The notes under the pieces are model-generated. The model did no database searches and was not told the origin of the DNA. It saw only the letters and a program-made list of their open reading frames with translations. Shown one piece after another: positions 19,740 to 32,479 of a stretch of DNA of 64,000 bases. A program made the position numbers and the translations under genes. The DNA comes from Trueperaceae bacterium. Its GTDB lineage: Bacteria; Deinococcota; Deinococci; Deinococcales; Trueperaceae. Position 1 is the stretch's first letter. Each line of letters begins with the position of its first letter. The stretch spans positions 1,024,001 to 1,088,000 of the forward strand of contig OZ243913.1 in the NCBI GenBank assembly GCA_965213705.1, in the 5' to 3' direction.

Positions 19740-20810
19740 TCAAACGGGCTGCGCCTCTTTCAAAAACGGGTAGTCGGTATAGCCCTGAACGTCGCCGCCG
19801 TAAAAGGTGCTTTGGTCCCAGTCGTTCAGCTCGGCGTTCGCTGCAAAGCGTGCGGGCAAGTCGGGGTTGGCGATGAACAGGCGGCCGTAAGCGACGAGGT
19901 CGGCCTTGTCTTCTTGCAGCAGCGCCTCACCCGAACTCCGGTCGAAGCCGCCCGCGACTATAAGCGTGCCGTCATAGCTATCCCGAAACAGTTCCGAGGC
20001 CTTTATGTCACCGACCTCGGCCTCGACGGTGTGGAGGTAGGCGAGGTTGTAAGCGTTCAGCATCTGCGCCGCGTAGCGGTAGGTCTCGAGCGGGTTCGCG
20101 TCGCCGCGGCTGCCGGGGGCGTTGTTGGGCGACAAGCGGACGCCGACGCGGTTCGCGTCCCACACGTTCAAGACGGCCTCGGTGACTTCTTTAAGAAACC
20201 GGGTTCGGTTTTTAACGCTGCCGCCGTAGCGGTCGGTGCGCTGGTTCGTGCCGGTGCGCAGGAACTGCTCGAGCAAGTAGCCGTTCGCCGCGTGAATCTC
20301 CACGCCGTCGAAGCCGGCACGCTGCGCGTTTTCGGCGGCCTGGCGGTACTGCTGGACGACTTCGGCAACCTCGTCCGCCTCGAGCGCCCGCGGGGTCTCG
20401 TCGCTCGGCGCGCGGCGAAAGTTGGGATACATGAGGTTGCCTTCGAACTTCACCGCCGACGCCGACACCGGCTTCGCGCCGCCGTGGTACGACGAGTGCG
20501 ACACCCGCCCGACGTGCCAGAGTTGCAAGTAGATAATCCCACCCGCCGCGTGAACCGCGTCGGTGACGGTTTTCCAGGCGTCGGTTTGCTCGGCCGAGTG
20601 AATTCCCGGCGTGTCCGGGTAACCCTGGCCCAGCGGCGCGACTTGCGTCGCCTCGCTGACGATGAGCCCGGCTCCCGCGCGCTGCGCGTAGTAGTCGGCG
20701 TGGACGGGCTGCGGCACCGTGCCGACGGCGCGATTGCGGGTCAGGGGGGCCATGACAGTTCGGCTTTTGAGGGTTAAAGGGCCGAGTTGATAGGGCTCGA
20801 GAAGTTTCAT
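19740..20810 (-). CDS. Old yellow enzyme alkene reductase (NemA-like)
   Basis: MAPLTR, QLWHVGR, GFDGVEIHAANGYL, NQRTDRYGGS, GRLFIANPDL, GYTDYP. Confidence 0.93.
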   Translation of the reverse strand: MKLLEPYQLGPLTLKSRTVMAPLTRNRAVGTVPQPVHADYYAQRAGAGLIVSEATQVAPLGQGYPDTPGIHSAEQTDAWKTVTDAVHAAGGIIYLQLWHVGRVSHSSYHGGAKPVSASAVKFEGNLMYPNFRRAPSDETPRALEADEVAEVVQQYRQAAENAQRAGFDGVEIHAANGYLLEQFLRTGTNQRTDRYGGSVKNRTRFLKEVTEAVLNVWDANRVGVRLSPNNAPGSRGDANPLETYRYAAQMLNAYNLAYLHTVEAEVGDIKASELFRDSYDGTLIVAGGFDRSSGEALLQEDKADLVAYGRLFIANPDLPARFAANAELNDWDQSTFYGGDVQGYTDYPFLKEAQPV

Positions 20811-20932
20811 AACCGCCACTCTATTCGGTATAGCCCTCCGCCGAATGTCGGGCTCGAGACATGGTCGCGCGCGGTGTGGGACGTGGTCTAGGGCCGAGAC
20901 GAAAAGCTGAAAGCAGAACTCCCTTTTTCTTT

Positions 20933-20965
20933 ACTCGGTACTCTTTACTCGGTCCTCGGTACTTT
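20933..20965. repeat. Heptamer-based intergenic repeat; 19 bp ACTCGGTCCTCGGTACTTT at 20947-20965
   Basis: Exact copy at 21863-21881; partial copies at 20933 and 24873. Confidence 0.85.
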
Positions 20966-21024
20966 CCCTCACATTTCGAGAAAAACTCCAAACTCGTTAC
21001 CCTATCCCCGGTAGAGTGCTTCTT

Positions 21025-21780
21025 ATGGCGAAGCAGTTCTCGAGCGAAGAAGCAAAGGCGCAACTCGCCCGCGTCCAGGGCCTCGGCGAGACGCTGGAGA
21101 AGCAGTACGCGCTGCTCAACTACGCCGTCGACGCCTCGAACAACTGCATCGCGGTGAGCGACCCCAACCGGGACGACAACCCGCTGATTTACGTCAACAA
21201 GGGTTTCGAGCGGTTGACCGGCTACAGTTTCGACGAGGCGGTGGGGCGCAACTGCCGTTTTTTACAAAACGACGACCACGACCAGCCCGGTTTGATGCAG
21301 CTTCGCAAGGCGCTCAAAGCCGGTCGGGACGTGCAAACCACCCTTCGCAACTACCGCAAAGACGGCACACCCTTTTGGAACGAGCTGTACGTGTCGGCAA
21401 TTCGGGACCAGGGCGGCGACCTCGTCTATTTTATGGGCGTACAGAACGACGTGACGCGGCGCGTCGAGCAGGAGCGCAACCTCAAAAAAGCGGTCGAGGC
21501 CACCCTGCAAGACAGCAGTTGGTTGAGCCGCGCCATCTTCGAAAAACTCGCGCAGTACGACGCGGGCGTTCAGGAAGGCGCGCACCTCGCCGACTTTACG
21601 CCGCGCGAGGGTGAGGTGTTGGAGTTGCTAGCCAAAGGCCTCAGCAACGTCGACATAGCCAAAGAGTTGGACCTGTCGCCCAACACGGTGCGTAACCACC
21701 TCGCCAAGGTGTACGACAAGCTGGGTTTGCGCACCCGCGCCAAGGCGGCCCGCTGGGCACGCGAGCGGGGTTTGGGCTGA
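21025..21780 (+). CDS. LOV-LuxR HTH blue-light-sensing transcription factor (EL222-like)
   Basis: DNPLIYVN, GRNCRFLQ, NYRKDGTPFWN, GVQNDVT LOV motifs; TPREGEVL...GLSN.DIA..L.LS.NTVRNH LuxR HTH. Confidence 0.93.
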   Translation: MAKQFSSEEAKAQLARVQGLGETLEKQYALLNYAVDASNNCIAVSDPNRDDNPLIYVNKGFERLTGYSFDEAVGRNCRFLQNDDHDQPGLMQLRKALKAGRDVQTTLRNYRKDGTPFWNELYVSAIRDQGGDLVYFMGVQNDVTRRVEQERNLKKAVEATLQDSSWLSRAIFEKLAQYDAGVQEGAHLADFTPREGEVLELLAKGLSNVDIAKELDLSPNTVRNHLAKVYDKLGLRTRAKAARWARERGLG

Positions 21781-21862
21781 GGGCGAGAGGACTTTTTAAA
21801 TTGAAGGGAAATCGAGCAGGAAAGTTCGGAAGAGGTCGAACACTTCATAATCCTTTACTTTC

Positions 21863-21881
21863 CACTCGGTCCTCGGTACTT
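21863..21881. repeat. Second exact copy of the 19 bp repeat, upstream of sucA
   Basis: Identical to 20947-20965. Confidence 0.85.
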
Positions 21882-22011
21882 TTCACTTTACTTTCACTGC
21901 CGAACGTAGGAATCGTTGCAGGTCGCGCCCCCCAAAGCCTGCTATGATGGCGGCTATCGTGAGTTTAACCGTACTTTCAGAAAGGGACGCCGCCGACGCG
22001 GCGGGACACGT

Positions 22012-24792
<2,781 letters not shown>

Positions 24793-24937
24793 GAGTTTTA
24801 GCAGGGGAGATGGGGAGCAGAGGCGCAGAGGAGAAAAGGCTTTTGACTTTCACTTTTTCCTTTTTACTTTCTACTCGGTACTTCCCTTCTACCTGAGCAA
24901 GTCGTTTTCTGCACCGGTTTCAACCTAAGGAGCGTGC

Positions 24938-26221
24938 ATGGCCGTAGAACTCACAGTACCCGCCGTCGGCGAGTCCATCAACGAAGTCTTTATCGGGACC
25001 TGGCTCAAAAAAGAGGGCGACAGCGTCGCGAAAGACGAGGCGCTGGTCGAAGTCGAGACCGACAAAGCGACGCTCGAGATTCCCGCCTCGGTCGCCGGCA
25101 CGCTGAGCAAAATCCTCAAAAAAGAGGGCGACTCCGCCGACATCGGCGAAGTTATCGCGCACATCAGCGAGGGCGGCGCGGCGGCTGAGACAAAGTCGGA
25201 TGCCGAAGAGGCCGAACCGAAGACTGAAAAAGAAGAGGCCGCAACTTCCGCCATCGACACCGAAGAGGCCGAAGTGGAGTCAGACGAGGGTGCCGAAGGC
25301 GAAGGCTTTGTGATGCCCGCGGCGCAGCGGCTGCTGGACGAAAACGACCTCAAAGCCGACGCCGTCAAGGGTAGCGGTCCCGGCGGGCGCATCTTAAAAG
25401 AGGATGTACAGAAGGTTCTCGAGAGCAAGTCCGCGAAAGACGAACAACCCAAAGTCGAGTCTAAGCAGCCTCAAAGCAAGCAGCCCGAACCCAAACGCGA
25501 AGCGCCCGCGCCGCAAGGCGACCGCGAGGAAGAAACCGTGCCGATGAGCCCGCTGCGGCGCACCATCGCCCGCCGACTCGTCGAGGCGCAGCAGACGGCC
25601 GCGCTGCTCACCACCTTCAACGAAATCGACATGAGCACCATGATGGCGTTGCGCAGCGAGTACAAAGACCTGTTCGAGAAGCGCTACAACATCCGCCTCG
25701 GCTTTATGTCGTTTTTTATCAAGGCGAGCATCGACGCGCTCAAACAGTTTCCGGCTATCAACGCCGAAATTCGCGACAACGACATCGTTTACAAAAATTA
25801 CTACGACGTCGCGATTGCCGTGTCGTCCAAAAAGGGCCTCGTCACCCCGGTCATTCGCAATGCCGAGCGGCTGAGTTTTGCCGAAATCGAAGCGACGATT
25901 GCCGACTTCGGCGCGCGCGCCCAAACCAACAAACTTTCGCCCGACGAACTGACTGGCGGCACCTTTACGATTTCGAATGGCGGCGTGTTCGGCTCGCTCA
26001 TGTCAACGCCAATTGTGAACCCACCGCAGTCCGGCGTGCTCGGGATGCACGCGATTCAGGAGCGCCCCATCGCCGTCGACGGCGAAGTCGTGGTTCGCCC
26101 GATGATGTACGTGGCGCTGACCTACGACCACCGAATTGTCGACGGGCGCGAAGCGGTGACGTTTTTAAAGCGCATCAAAGAGGCCATCGAGACCCCGGCA
26201 AGGATGCTGCTCGAGGTTTGA
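24938..26221 (+). CDS. sucB: Dihydrolipoyllysine succinyltransferase E2
   Basis: Lipoyl ETDKA, E3-binding GSGPGGRI, catalytic YDHRIVDG. Confidence 0.97.
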   Translation: MAVELTVPAVGESINEVFIGTWLKKEGDSVAKDEALVEVETDKATLEIPASVAGTLSKILKKEGDSADIGEVIAHISEGGAAAETKSDAEEAEPKTEKEEAATSAIDTEEAEVESDEGAEGEGFVMPAAQRLLDENDLKADAVKGSGPGGRILKEDVQKVLESKSAKDEQPKVESKQPQSKQPEPKREAPAPQGDREEETVPMSPLRRTIARRLVEAQQTAALLTTFNEIDMSTMMALRSEYKDLFEKRYNIRLGFMSFFIKASIDALKQFPAINAEIRDNDIVYKNYYDVAIAVSSKKGLVTPVIRNAERLSFAEIEATIADFGARAQTNKLSPDELTGGTFTISNGGVFGSLMSTPIVNPPQSGVLGMHAIQERPIAVDGEVVVRPMMYVALTYDHRIVDGREAVTFLKRIKEAIETPARMLLEV

Positions 26222-26237
26222 AGTCACATCTCAGGCC

Positions 26238-26272
26238 AAAACGGACGCCTAAGAGCGGTGTCCGTTTTTGTT
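26238..26272 (+). terminator. Intrinsic terminator after sucB
   Basis: AAAACGGACGCC-loop-GGTGTCCGTTTT hairpin with T tail. Confidence 0.8.
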
Positions 26273-26299
26273 TGGAAACCAGCGTTTTAATCTATTCAT

Positions 26300-26330
26300 C
26301 GTAGGGACGGGTTTTAAACCCGCCCCTACG
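26300..26330. repeat. GTAG-type REP palindrome
   Basis: CGTAGGGACGGGTTTTAAACCCGCCCCTACG, near-perfect palindrome with GTAG/CTAC ends. Confidence 0.75.
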
Positions 26331-26426
26331 GTGCGCTGAAAGAGTACGTTCGGGGCAATTTAAAGGGGAGCACAAGGTCGGGGTCGCAAACCGTTTGTCT
26401 CGAGCCGCCTCGTCAAACCCCCAACC

Positions 26427-26870
26427 TCAAAGAGAGGTTGCCAACCCCACGCCCACGCCGAGCAGCGCGCCGAACACCACTTGCGGGTAGGTGTGGCCGA
26501 GGAGCGTTTTGAGCGCTTGCGGCTGAAAGCCTTCGTCGAACAGGTGCGCCAACTCGCCGACGAGTTCGTTGATGAGTTCGGCCTGAATGCCGGCGGCGCG
26601 GCGGATGCCGGTCGCGTCGTACATCACAATCGAGCCGAAGACCATTGAGATGGCGAACTGCGGGCTTTGCCAGCCGTAAATCGCGCCGAGACTCGTCGCC
26701 AAGCCCATCACCGCGGCCGAGTGCGACGAGGGCATCCCGCCGGTCTCGAGCAAGCGCTCAACGGCGAAGCGGCGTTCTGTCAGGAGCACTAAAACGACCT
26801 TGAACACCTGCGCCAGCACCGTCGCCAAGAGCGCCGTCCAGAGCGGTTTGTTAGCGAGCAGGTCGGTCAC
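26427..26870 (-). CDS. Divergent PAP2 family protein (DUF212)
   Basis: TGGMPSSHSA, VMYDATGIRRAAG, LGHT..QV. Confidence 0.93.
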   Translation of the reverse strand: MTDLLANKPLWTALLATVLAQVFKVVLVLLTERRFAVERLLETGGMPSSHSAAVMGLATSLGAIYGWQSPQFAISMVFGSIVMYDATGIRRAAGIQAELINELVGELAHLFDEGFQPQALKTLLGHTYPQVVFGALLGVGVGLATSL

Positions 26871-26883
26871 GTAAGTCTCCTGA

Positions 26884-27345
26884 TTAGCTAAGCGACGCGC
26901 TCGGGCGAGGCTCGTGGGCCAACCTGGCGAGGACGCCGTTGACGAATCGCCCTGACTCCTCGCCGCCGTACTTCTTGGCGATGCGCACGGCGATTTCGAT
27001 GGTCACTTCCAGGGGCACGTCGGGCTCGAACCACAGTTCGGTCAGCGCCAGCCGCAACACGTTCAGGTCGGTCTGGGCCATCTGGGTAAAACTCCAGCCC
27101 TCAATCGTCTCGCTTAGCTGGGCATCTATCTCCTGCCGGTGCTCGGCAAAGGCCGTCAACAAGCGTGAGGCGAACGCGACGCTCTCAGCGTCGAGCCTGT
27201 CGCCGTAGGCGTCGTCCTGGTCGGCGTCTTCCTCGGTTGCGAGGTCGGCGCGGACCTGCTGCCAGACCTCCAACAAGTCCGCGCTGCCGCGTTCGGCTTG
27301 AAACAGGGTGCGAAACGCGAGTTCTCGAGCCTTGCGCCTAGCCAC
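26884..27345 (-). CDS. nusB: Transcription antitermination factor NusB
   Basis: RRKARELA, D.NVLRLA, AVRIAKKYG.EESGRFVNGVL. Confidence 0.95.
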   Translation of the reverse strand: MARRKARELAFRTLFQAERGSADLLEVWQQVRADLATEEDADQDDAYGDRLDAESVAFASRLLTAFAEHRQEIDAQLSETIEGWSFTQMAQTDLNVLRLALTELWFEPDVPLEVTIEIAVRIAKKYGGEESGRFVNGVLARLAHEPRPSASLS

Positions 27346-27685
27346 GTGCCAAGCCCTCGGGCACGTCGACCGCTTCGACGCTCACTTCGACCGTGTCGAC
27401 CTCCAACCCCGTCATCGACGACACCGCCTCGCGCACCGCGCGCTGCGCCGCGCGCGCGACCTCGGGGATGGCGAGCCCGTACAGCACCCGCACGCTCAGT
27501 AAAATGCGCACCCGTTCCCCATCGCGCTCGACCTGGATGCCCTTGGCCCGGCGGCCGGTCAGGATTTCACCGACCCTGGCCGGCGGCGCGACCGTCGCCA
27601 AACCCTCGACCTCGTCTAAGGCAAGCTGCGCGATGCCGAACAGGACGTCCTGGGAAATCTCCAGTTCGTTGGCGGTGAGGCTCAC
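27338..27685 (-). CDS. Asp23/Gls24 family protein (YqhY-like)
   Basis: IS.DVL..IA.LA..EVEG, KGIQV, YG..IPEVA...Q.AV...V..MTGL.V; conserved position between accC and nusB. Confidence 0.9.
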   Translation of the reverse strand: MSLTANELEISQDVLFGIAQLALDEVEGLATVAPPARVGEILTGRRAKGIQVERDGERVRILLSVRVLYGLAIPEVARAAQRAVREAVSSMTGLEVDTVEVSVEAVDVPEGLARG

Positions 27686-27780
27686 GGTTGACGGTGCGCG
27701 CGGGCGCGGGTTGAAGCTGTACTGTTCATCGTTTCTCCTTTTTTGAGAAGGGGTGGTTTAAGGCGTCAGCGTTTGATAAT

Positions 27781-29133
27781 CTAGCTATTGCCTTCCTCAT
27801 TCAACAACCTTCTCGCAATAAAATTCGTATAGACCGCGCCGCGTTTGAAAAAAGCGTTGTCGAGGACGCGGAGGTGAAAAGGAATCGTCGTTTTGACGCC
27901 TTCGACGACGGTTTCGTTCAAGGCGCGCTCGAGCCGGGCGATGGCCTGGTCCCGCGTCGGTGCCCAGGCGATGATTTTAGCAATCAAACTGTCGTAGTTG
28001 GGCGGGATGCGGTAACCGGAATAGACGTGCGAGTCCACGCGGATGCCGGGGCCGCCGGGCCAGTGGACGTCCGTGATAGTCCCCGCCGAGGGGCGAAAGT
28101 CGAAGTCGGGGTCTTCGGCGTTGACGCGCACCTCGATGGCGTGGCCCTCGACCCGAATCTCGTCTTGCGTGACGCTCAAACCCTCGCCCGCCGCGACACG
28201 GAACTGTTCCTGGACGAGGTCGAAACGAGTCACCATCTCGGTCGCCGGGTGTTCGACCTGGATGCGAGTGTTCATCTCGCTGAAGTAAAACGCGCCGTCA
28301 CGGTCGACCAAAAACTCGCAAGTGCCCGCGCCGCGGTAAGAAATGCGTTCGGCCAAACGCACCGCGGCGGCGGCGATGTCGAGGCGCACCGCTTCGGGCA
28401 GCGAACTGGTGGCTTCTTCCAAGACTTTTTGGTAGCGGCGCTGAATCGAGCAGTCGCGGTCGTAAAAGTGGACGACCTTGCCCTCGCCGTCGCCGAACAC
28501 CTGAATCTCGACGTGGCGCGGCTCTTCCAGAAACTTTTCCATGTACATTTCCGGGTTGCCGAAAGCCGCCCTGGCCTCCTCGGACGCGTTGTTCAGGTTG
28601 CGCTCCAACTCGGCCTCACTCCGCACCACGCGCATCCCGCGGCCCCCGCCGCCGGCCGAGGCTTTCAAAATCACCGGGTAACCGATACTTTCGGCGGTTT
28701 TGCGGGCGTGCTCCACGCTAGAGAGCGCCCCCGAGCCCGGCGTCAGCGGCACGCCCGCTTCGGCGGCGAGGGCTCGAGCGCTCGCCTTGTCGCCGATGGC
28801 GCGAATCGTCGCGGCGCGCGGCCCGATAAAGACGAGGTTGTGCTCCTCGCATTTTTCGGCGAATTCGGCGTTTTCGGACAAAAAGCCGTAACCGGGATGC
28901 ACCGCTTCCGCGCCGGTCACGATGGCCGCCGAGAGCAGGTTGCGCACGTTGAGGTACGAGCCCCCCGACGCGGCCGGCCCGATGCAAATCGACTCGTCGG
29001 CGAGCAGGACGGGCAACGACTTCTCGTCGGCCTCGGAATAGACGGCGACCGTTTTGATGCCGAGTTCCTGCGCCGCGCGGAGCACGCGCAGCGCGATTTC
29101 GCCGCGGTTGGCGATGAGGATTTTGTTGAACAT
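27781..29133 (-). CDS. accC: Acetyl-CoA carboxylase biotin carboxylase
   Basis: KILIANRGEIA, HPGYGFLSEN, GGGGRGM, EMNTRIQVEH. Confidence 0.97.
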   Translation of the reverse strand: MFNKILIANRGEIALRVLRAAQELGIKTVAVYSEADEKSLPVLLADESICIGPAASGGSYLNVRNLLSAAIVTGAEAVHPGYGFLSENAEFAEKCEEHNLVFIGPRAATIRAIGDKASARALAAEAGVPLTPGSGALSSVEHARKTAESIGYPVILKASAGGGGRGMRVVRSEAELERNLNNASEEARAAFGNPEMYMEKFLEEPRHVEIQVFGDGEGKVVHFYDRDCSIQRRYQKVLEEATSSLPEAVRLDIAAAAVRLAERISYRGAGTCEFLVDRDGAFYFSEMNTRIQVEHPATEMVTRFDLVQEQFRVAAGEGLSVTQDEIRVEGHAIEVRVNAEDPDFDFRPSAGTITDVHWPGGPGIRVDSHVYSGYRIPPNYDSLIAKIIAWAPTRDQAIARLERALNETVVEGVKTTIPFHLRVLDNAFFKRGAVYTNFIARRLLNEEGNS

Positions 29134-29136
29134 CTT

Positions 29137-29640
29137 CTAACCGGGTTCGATGCGGAACAGGGCTTGCCCGTACTCGACCGGGTCTTCGTTTTTCACGAGA
29201 ATTTCTTTCAGGGTACCCGCGACCTCGGCCTCGATTTCGTTCATGAGCTTCATCGCCTCGATGATGCACAAGACCGTGCCCGCCGCGACCCGGTCGCCAA
29301 GTTTGACAAAGGGGGCCGAGTCCGGCGTCGGCGCTTCGTAAAAGGTGCCCACGATGGGCGCTTTGACCTCGGCGAGGTTCGAAGGCGGCGCGCTCGGCGC
29401 GGGTGTCGCGGCGGCCGCGGGTGCCGGGACATTCTGCGCTGCCGGGGTCTCGAGCTGAGTTGCAGGCGGCGGGAGTGCGGCCTGCGCCGCGCTTTGTGGG
29501 GCGGCTTGCCCTGCGGGTTGCGGCGCGGGCTCGCCGCCCCGCTTGAGCGTGAGCTTAAAGTCGCCGGTCTCCAAGGTCAACTCGCTCACCTCGCTTTCGG
29601 CAACGGCGTCGAGCAGTTTTTTAAGGTCTTTGACGTCCAT
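29137..29640 (-). CDS. accB: Biotin carboxyl carrier protein
   Basis: [10 protein letters not shown] biotinylation motif; Pro/Ala linker. Confidence 0.97.
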   Translation of the reverse strand: MDVKDLKKLLDAVAESEVSELTLETGDFKLTLKRGGEPAPQPAGQAAPQSAAQAALPPPATQLETPAAQNVPAPAAAATPAPSAPPSNLAEVKAPIVGTFYEAPTPDSAPFVKLGDRVAAGTVLCIIEAMKLMNEIEAEVAGTLKEILVKNEDPVEYGQALFRIEPG

Positions 29641-30197
29641 CAGGCGCGGCCCATGTAAGCGCCGGTTCGAGTGTCGACCCGAATCGTCTCGCCCTGGTCG
29701 ATAAACAGCGGCACGTTGACGGTCGCTCCCGACTCTAAAAGCGCCGGTTTGCTGCCGCCCGAAACGGTGTCGCCCTTGACGCCGGGGTCGGTCTGGGTGA
29801 TTTTCAGCGCGACCACGTTGGGTAAGGTGAGTTTGAGCGCGCGACCCTGGTAAAAGTCCACGGTGACTTCCAAGTTTTCTTTCAAAAACTTCGCGCCGTC
29901 GCCGACCTGCTCGCGCGTCAGGGTGGGCTGTTCGTAGGTCTCGGTGTCCATAAAAGTAAAGGTGTCGCCGTCACCGTACAGGTACTGCATGGTGCGGTAG
30001 TCGATAAAGATGTCTTGCAGCTTTTCGCCCGAGTTGAAGGTGCGCTCGACAATCGAGCCGGTGTCTAAGTTGCGGAACTTGGACACGACCTTCGCGCCCC
30101 CGCGCCCGATTTTTTGGTGCTGGTAGTCCAGACACTCCCACAGGGAGCCGTCCATCATCACTTTGGTGCCGTTGCGTAAGTCTGTAACCGAAATCAT
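29640..30197 (-). CDS. efp: Elongation factor P
   Basis: KIGRGGA loop, [20 protein letters not shown]. Confidence 0.97.
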   Translation of the reverse strand: MISVTDLRNGTKVMMDGSLWECLDYQHQKIGRGGAKVVSKFRNLDTGSIVERTFNSGEKLQDIFIDYRTMQYLYGDGDTFTFMDTETYEQPTLTREQVGDGAKFLKENLEVTVDFYQGRALKLTLPNVVALKITQTDPGVKGDTVSGGSKPALLESGATVNVPLFIDQGETIRVDTRTGAYMGRA

Positions 30198-30347
30198 GCC
30201 TGCCTCCGAAAAATTACCTGTATTGGAACTGCTGGTTACGCCGTCAAGTCGTCACAGTCTAACACTTGCGTTCTTCGGGGTCAGAAGGTGAGGCGAGAAG
30301 TTAGGTTTTGGATTGAAGAGACGCGCCCAAGGCGTAACAATGGTGTT

Positions 30348-30776
30348 GTGGGTTACCTCTATTTCACCATCGGCGCTTACCTCGTCCTCACCGCGGTCAG
30401 CGCTGTTGTTATGACGTGGAACATGACGGTAGGCTCGCTTTTTTTTATGGTGAGCGGTTTTGTGGTGATGTGGTCGTTTATGCTGAACCACAAAAAGAAA
30501 TACGCAAAGCCCGAGCAGGGCCTGGCTGAACCTGACGACGCAGCGAACCTGGGTGTAGCGCCGAGGCGTGAGGCGCTCGAGCCCAAGCCTGAAAAAGCAA
30601 AGAGAGGGTCGGCGAAGGTCAAGCGTCACACCCAGCCTCTTTCTGCAGAGCTAGAAACGGACCTCCGCACCATCGCGGTTGTGAACAAGACCGAAGTGGT
30701 AAAGCAGGTTCAAGTCTTAACAGGTATGGAACTTTCAGAGGCTAGAACGTATGTGGAGGTACTACAAAGACGGTAG
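30348..30776 (+). CDS. Membrane protein with C-terminal L7/L12-like helical motif
   Basis: Two hydrophobic helices, then K.EVVKQV..LTGM.LSEA..YVE. Start uncertain. Confidence 0.6.
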   Translation: MGYLYFTIGAYLVLTAVSAVVMTWNMTVGSLFFMVSGFVVMWSFMLNHKKKYAKPEQGLAEPDDAANLGVAPRREALEPKPEKAKRGSAKVKRHTQPLSAELETDLRTIAVVNKTEVVKQVQVLTGMELSEARTYVEVLQRR

Positions 30777-31156
30777 AGCTGCCGTGTACGGCTGCCGCAC
30801 TTCACCTAAAAAACAAGGATAGAAAAACGAGGACGCCGCTGAAGAAACCCATCCAGATGCCACGATGGAGGGCAGGGTGGGTGGTCTCAATTCTCGCCTG
30901 ATAGCTTACATCACGGGTGAACATCATCATCAGGCTATAAAATATTATTCGTAGTGCTTGAAAAAAACGATGAGACTGCCAGGTATACCTATATCAACCG
31001 CAGTCCATATTAACGTGTATTCAATTAAGTTGCGAGCATCGATGCCGGCAGACATGGTCTATGCCTCCACGCCATCGTGCGCGGCTCGGAGGCGTTTCGT
31101 CGGTACGTGACTTAAGGTTGTGGCCTCGAGCCTTTTCGACCCCGGTTCTGCTCGGG

Positions 31157-32266
31157 TCAACTCCCCGTTTGCCACACGGGTATGGACGTGACGACCTCAC
31201 CCCGCTCGTAGACGCTCAAAAAGGCGGTGACGACCTCTGGGTCGAACTGGGTGCCGGCCTGAGCTTCGATTTTGCTTACGGCCTCCAGCAAAGAGCAGGC
31301 TCGCTGGTGAACCCGGTCGTGCGTGAGCGCGTCGAGCGTGTCGGCGACTGCGAAAATGCGGCTTTCTATGGGAATGTCGCCCCCGGCGAGGCCGTTCGGA
31401 TAGCCCGCCCCGTCCCAACGCTCGTGGTGGGTCAGCGCAATGGTTTCGGCCAGCTTCATCAGGGGTGACTGTCCACCCGACAACAGCTGCGCGCCCACAG
31501 TGGTGTGGGTCTTGACGACGTCGAACTCCGGTGGGGTGAGGCGTGAGGGCTTCATCAAAATACCGTCGGGAATGGCGATTTTGCCGACGTCGTGGAGCCG
31601 GGCGGCGCGCACCAAGAGTTCGACCCGAGGGCGCTCCAAACCCAACTGGCTGCCTATTTGTCCGGTGAGCTGGGACACGCGCCAGACGTGTTCGCCGCTC
31701 TGGTCGTCACGGTACTCGGACGCGCGCGCCAAACGGACCAACATCTCGACTTGCGAGTGCTCCAACTGCCGAGTACGCTCGGCGACGAGCGTTTCCAAAA
31801 GGTCGTTGTTTTTGGCGAGCCGCTGCTGAAACCGCCGGGCTTCCAACAGGTTGCAGACCCGCAAAATCACCTCGGTCGAGTCGAAGGGTTTGTTGATGAA
31901 GTCTTTCGCGCCGCTCGCCAAGGCCTGCTTTTTAGTCGTCGCGCGCTCGTCGGCGGTGAGCATGAGGATGGGAAAATACTCGCCCGCTTTGTCTTTAAGA
32001 GTCTCCATCACGTCAAAGCCGGACAGGTGGGGCATGTTCAGGTCTAAGAGCAGCAAGTCGGGTCGCAACACCTCGAACTGTTCGGCGCTGCGGCGCGGGT
32101 CTTGCTCGGTGGTGACGTGCGTAAAGCCCTCGCGTTTTAGAATGGAGCGCAGGATGAGCACTTGCGCGTCGTCGTCGTCGACGATGAGGATTTTCATGTC
32201 CCTGAGGGCCGGGAAATCGTCCACGCGCGAAAGCGAAGGACTGGAAAACTGCGTCAAAGCGTCCAC
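31157..32266 (-). CDS. Response regulator with HD-GYP cyclic-di-GMP phosphodiesterase domain (RpfG-like)
   Basis: REC (ILIVDDD, DLNMP, KPF); LHDVGKI, HHERWDGAGYP. SD AAAGGAG before GTG 32266. Confidence 0.92.
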   Translation of the reverse strand: MDALTQFSSPSLSRVDDFPALRDMKILIVDDDDAQVLILRSILKREGFTHVTTEQDPRRSAEQFEVLRPDLLLLDLNMPHLSGFDVMETLKDKAGEYFPILMLTADERATTKKQALASGAKDFINKPFDSTEVILRVCNLLEARRFQQRLAKNNDLLETLVAERTRQLEHSQVEMLVRLARASEYRDDQSGEHVWRVSQLTGQIGSQLGLERPRVELLVRAARLHDVGKIAIPDGILMKPSRLTPPEFDVVKTHTTVGAQLLSGGQSPLMKLAETIALTHHERWDGAGYPNGLAGGDIPIESRIFAVADTLDALTHDRVHQRACSLLEAVSKIEAQAGTQFDPEVVTAFLSVYERGEVVTSIPVWQTGS

Positions 32267-32479
32267 AACGTCTCCTTTAAGTTTGTAAAGCTGGCAGGGG
32301 AAAGGAAACGCCTTGCAGAGCATCCCCTGTCGCGCCTTTTGGCCGCCTGCACCGTTTGCCCCGACTCGAGCGCTTGCGTTGTGAGCCGAGGTTTCAGGTT
32401 CCTGCGCTCACGTTCGAAACTGGGTTCGGACCTGAACACTTTAAGATTAGCAGGTGCTCCTTACAAAATTCTTACCGTC

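Noticed and set aside
20886..20897. Partial match to an EL222-like operator
   Set aside because: Two mismatches to an already degenerate 12-mer; not significant.
27874..29658. 594-aa plus-strand ORF and similar long antisense ORFs (e.g. 47645-49033, 23344-24480)
   Set aside because: Shadows of well-supported genes in GC-rich DNA; no motifs.
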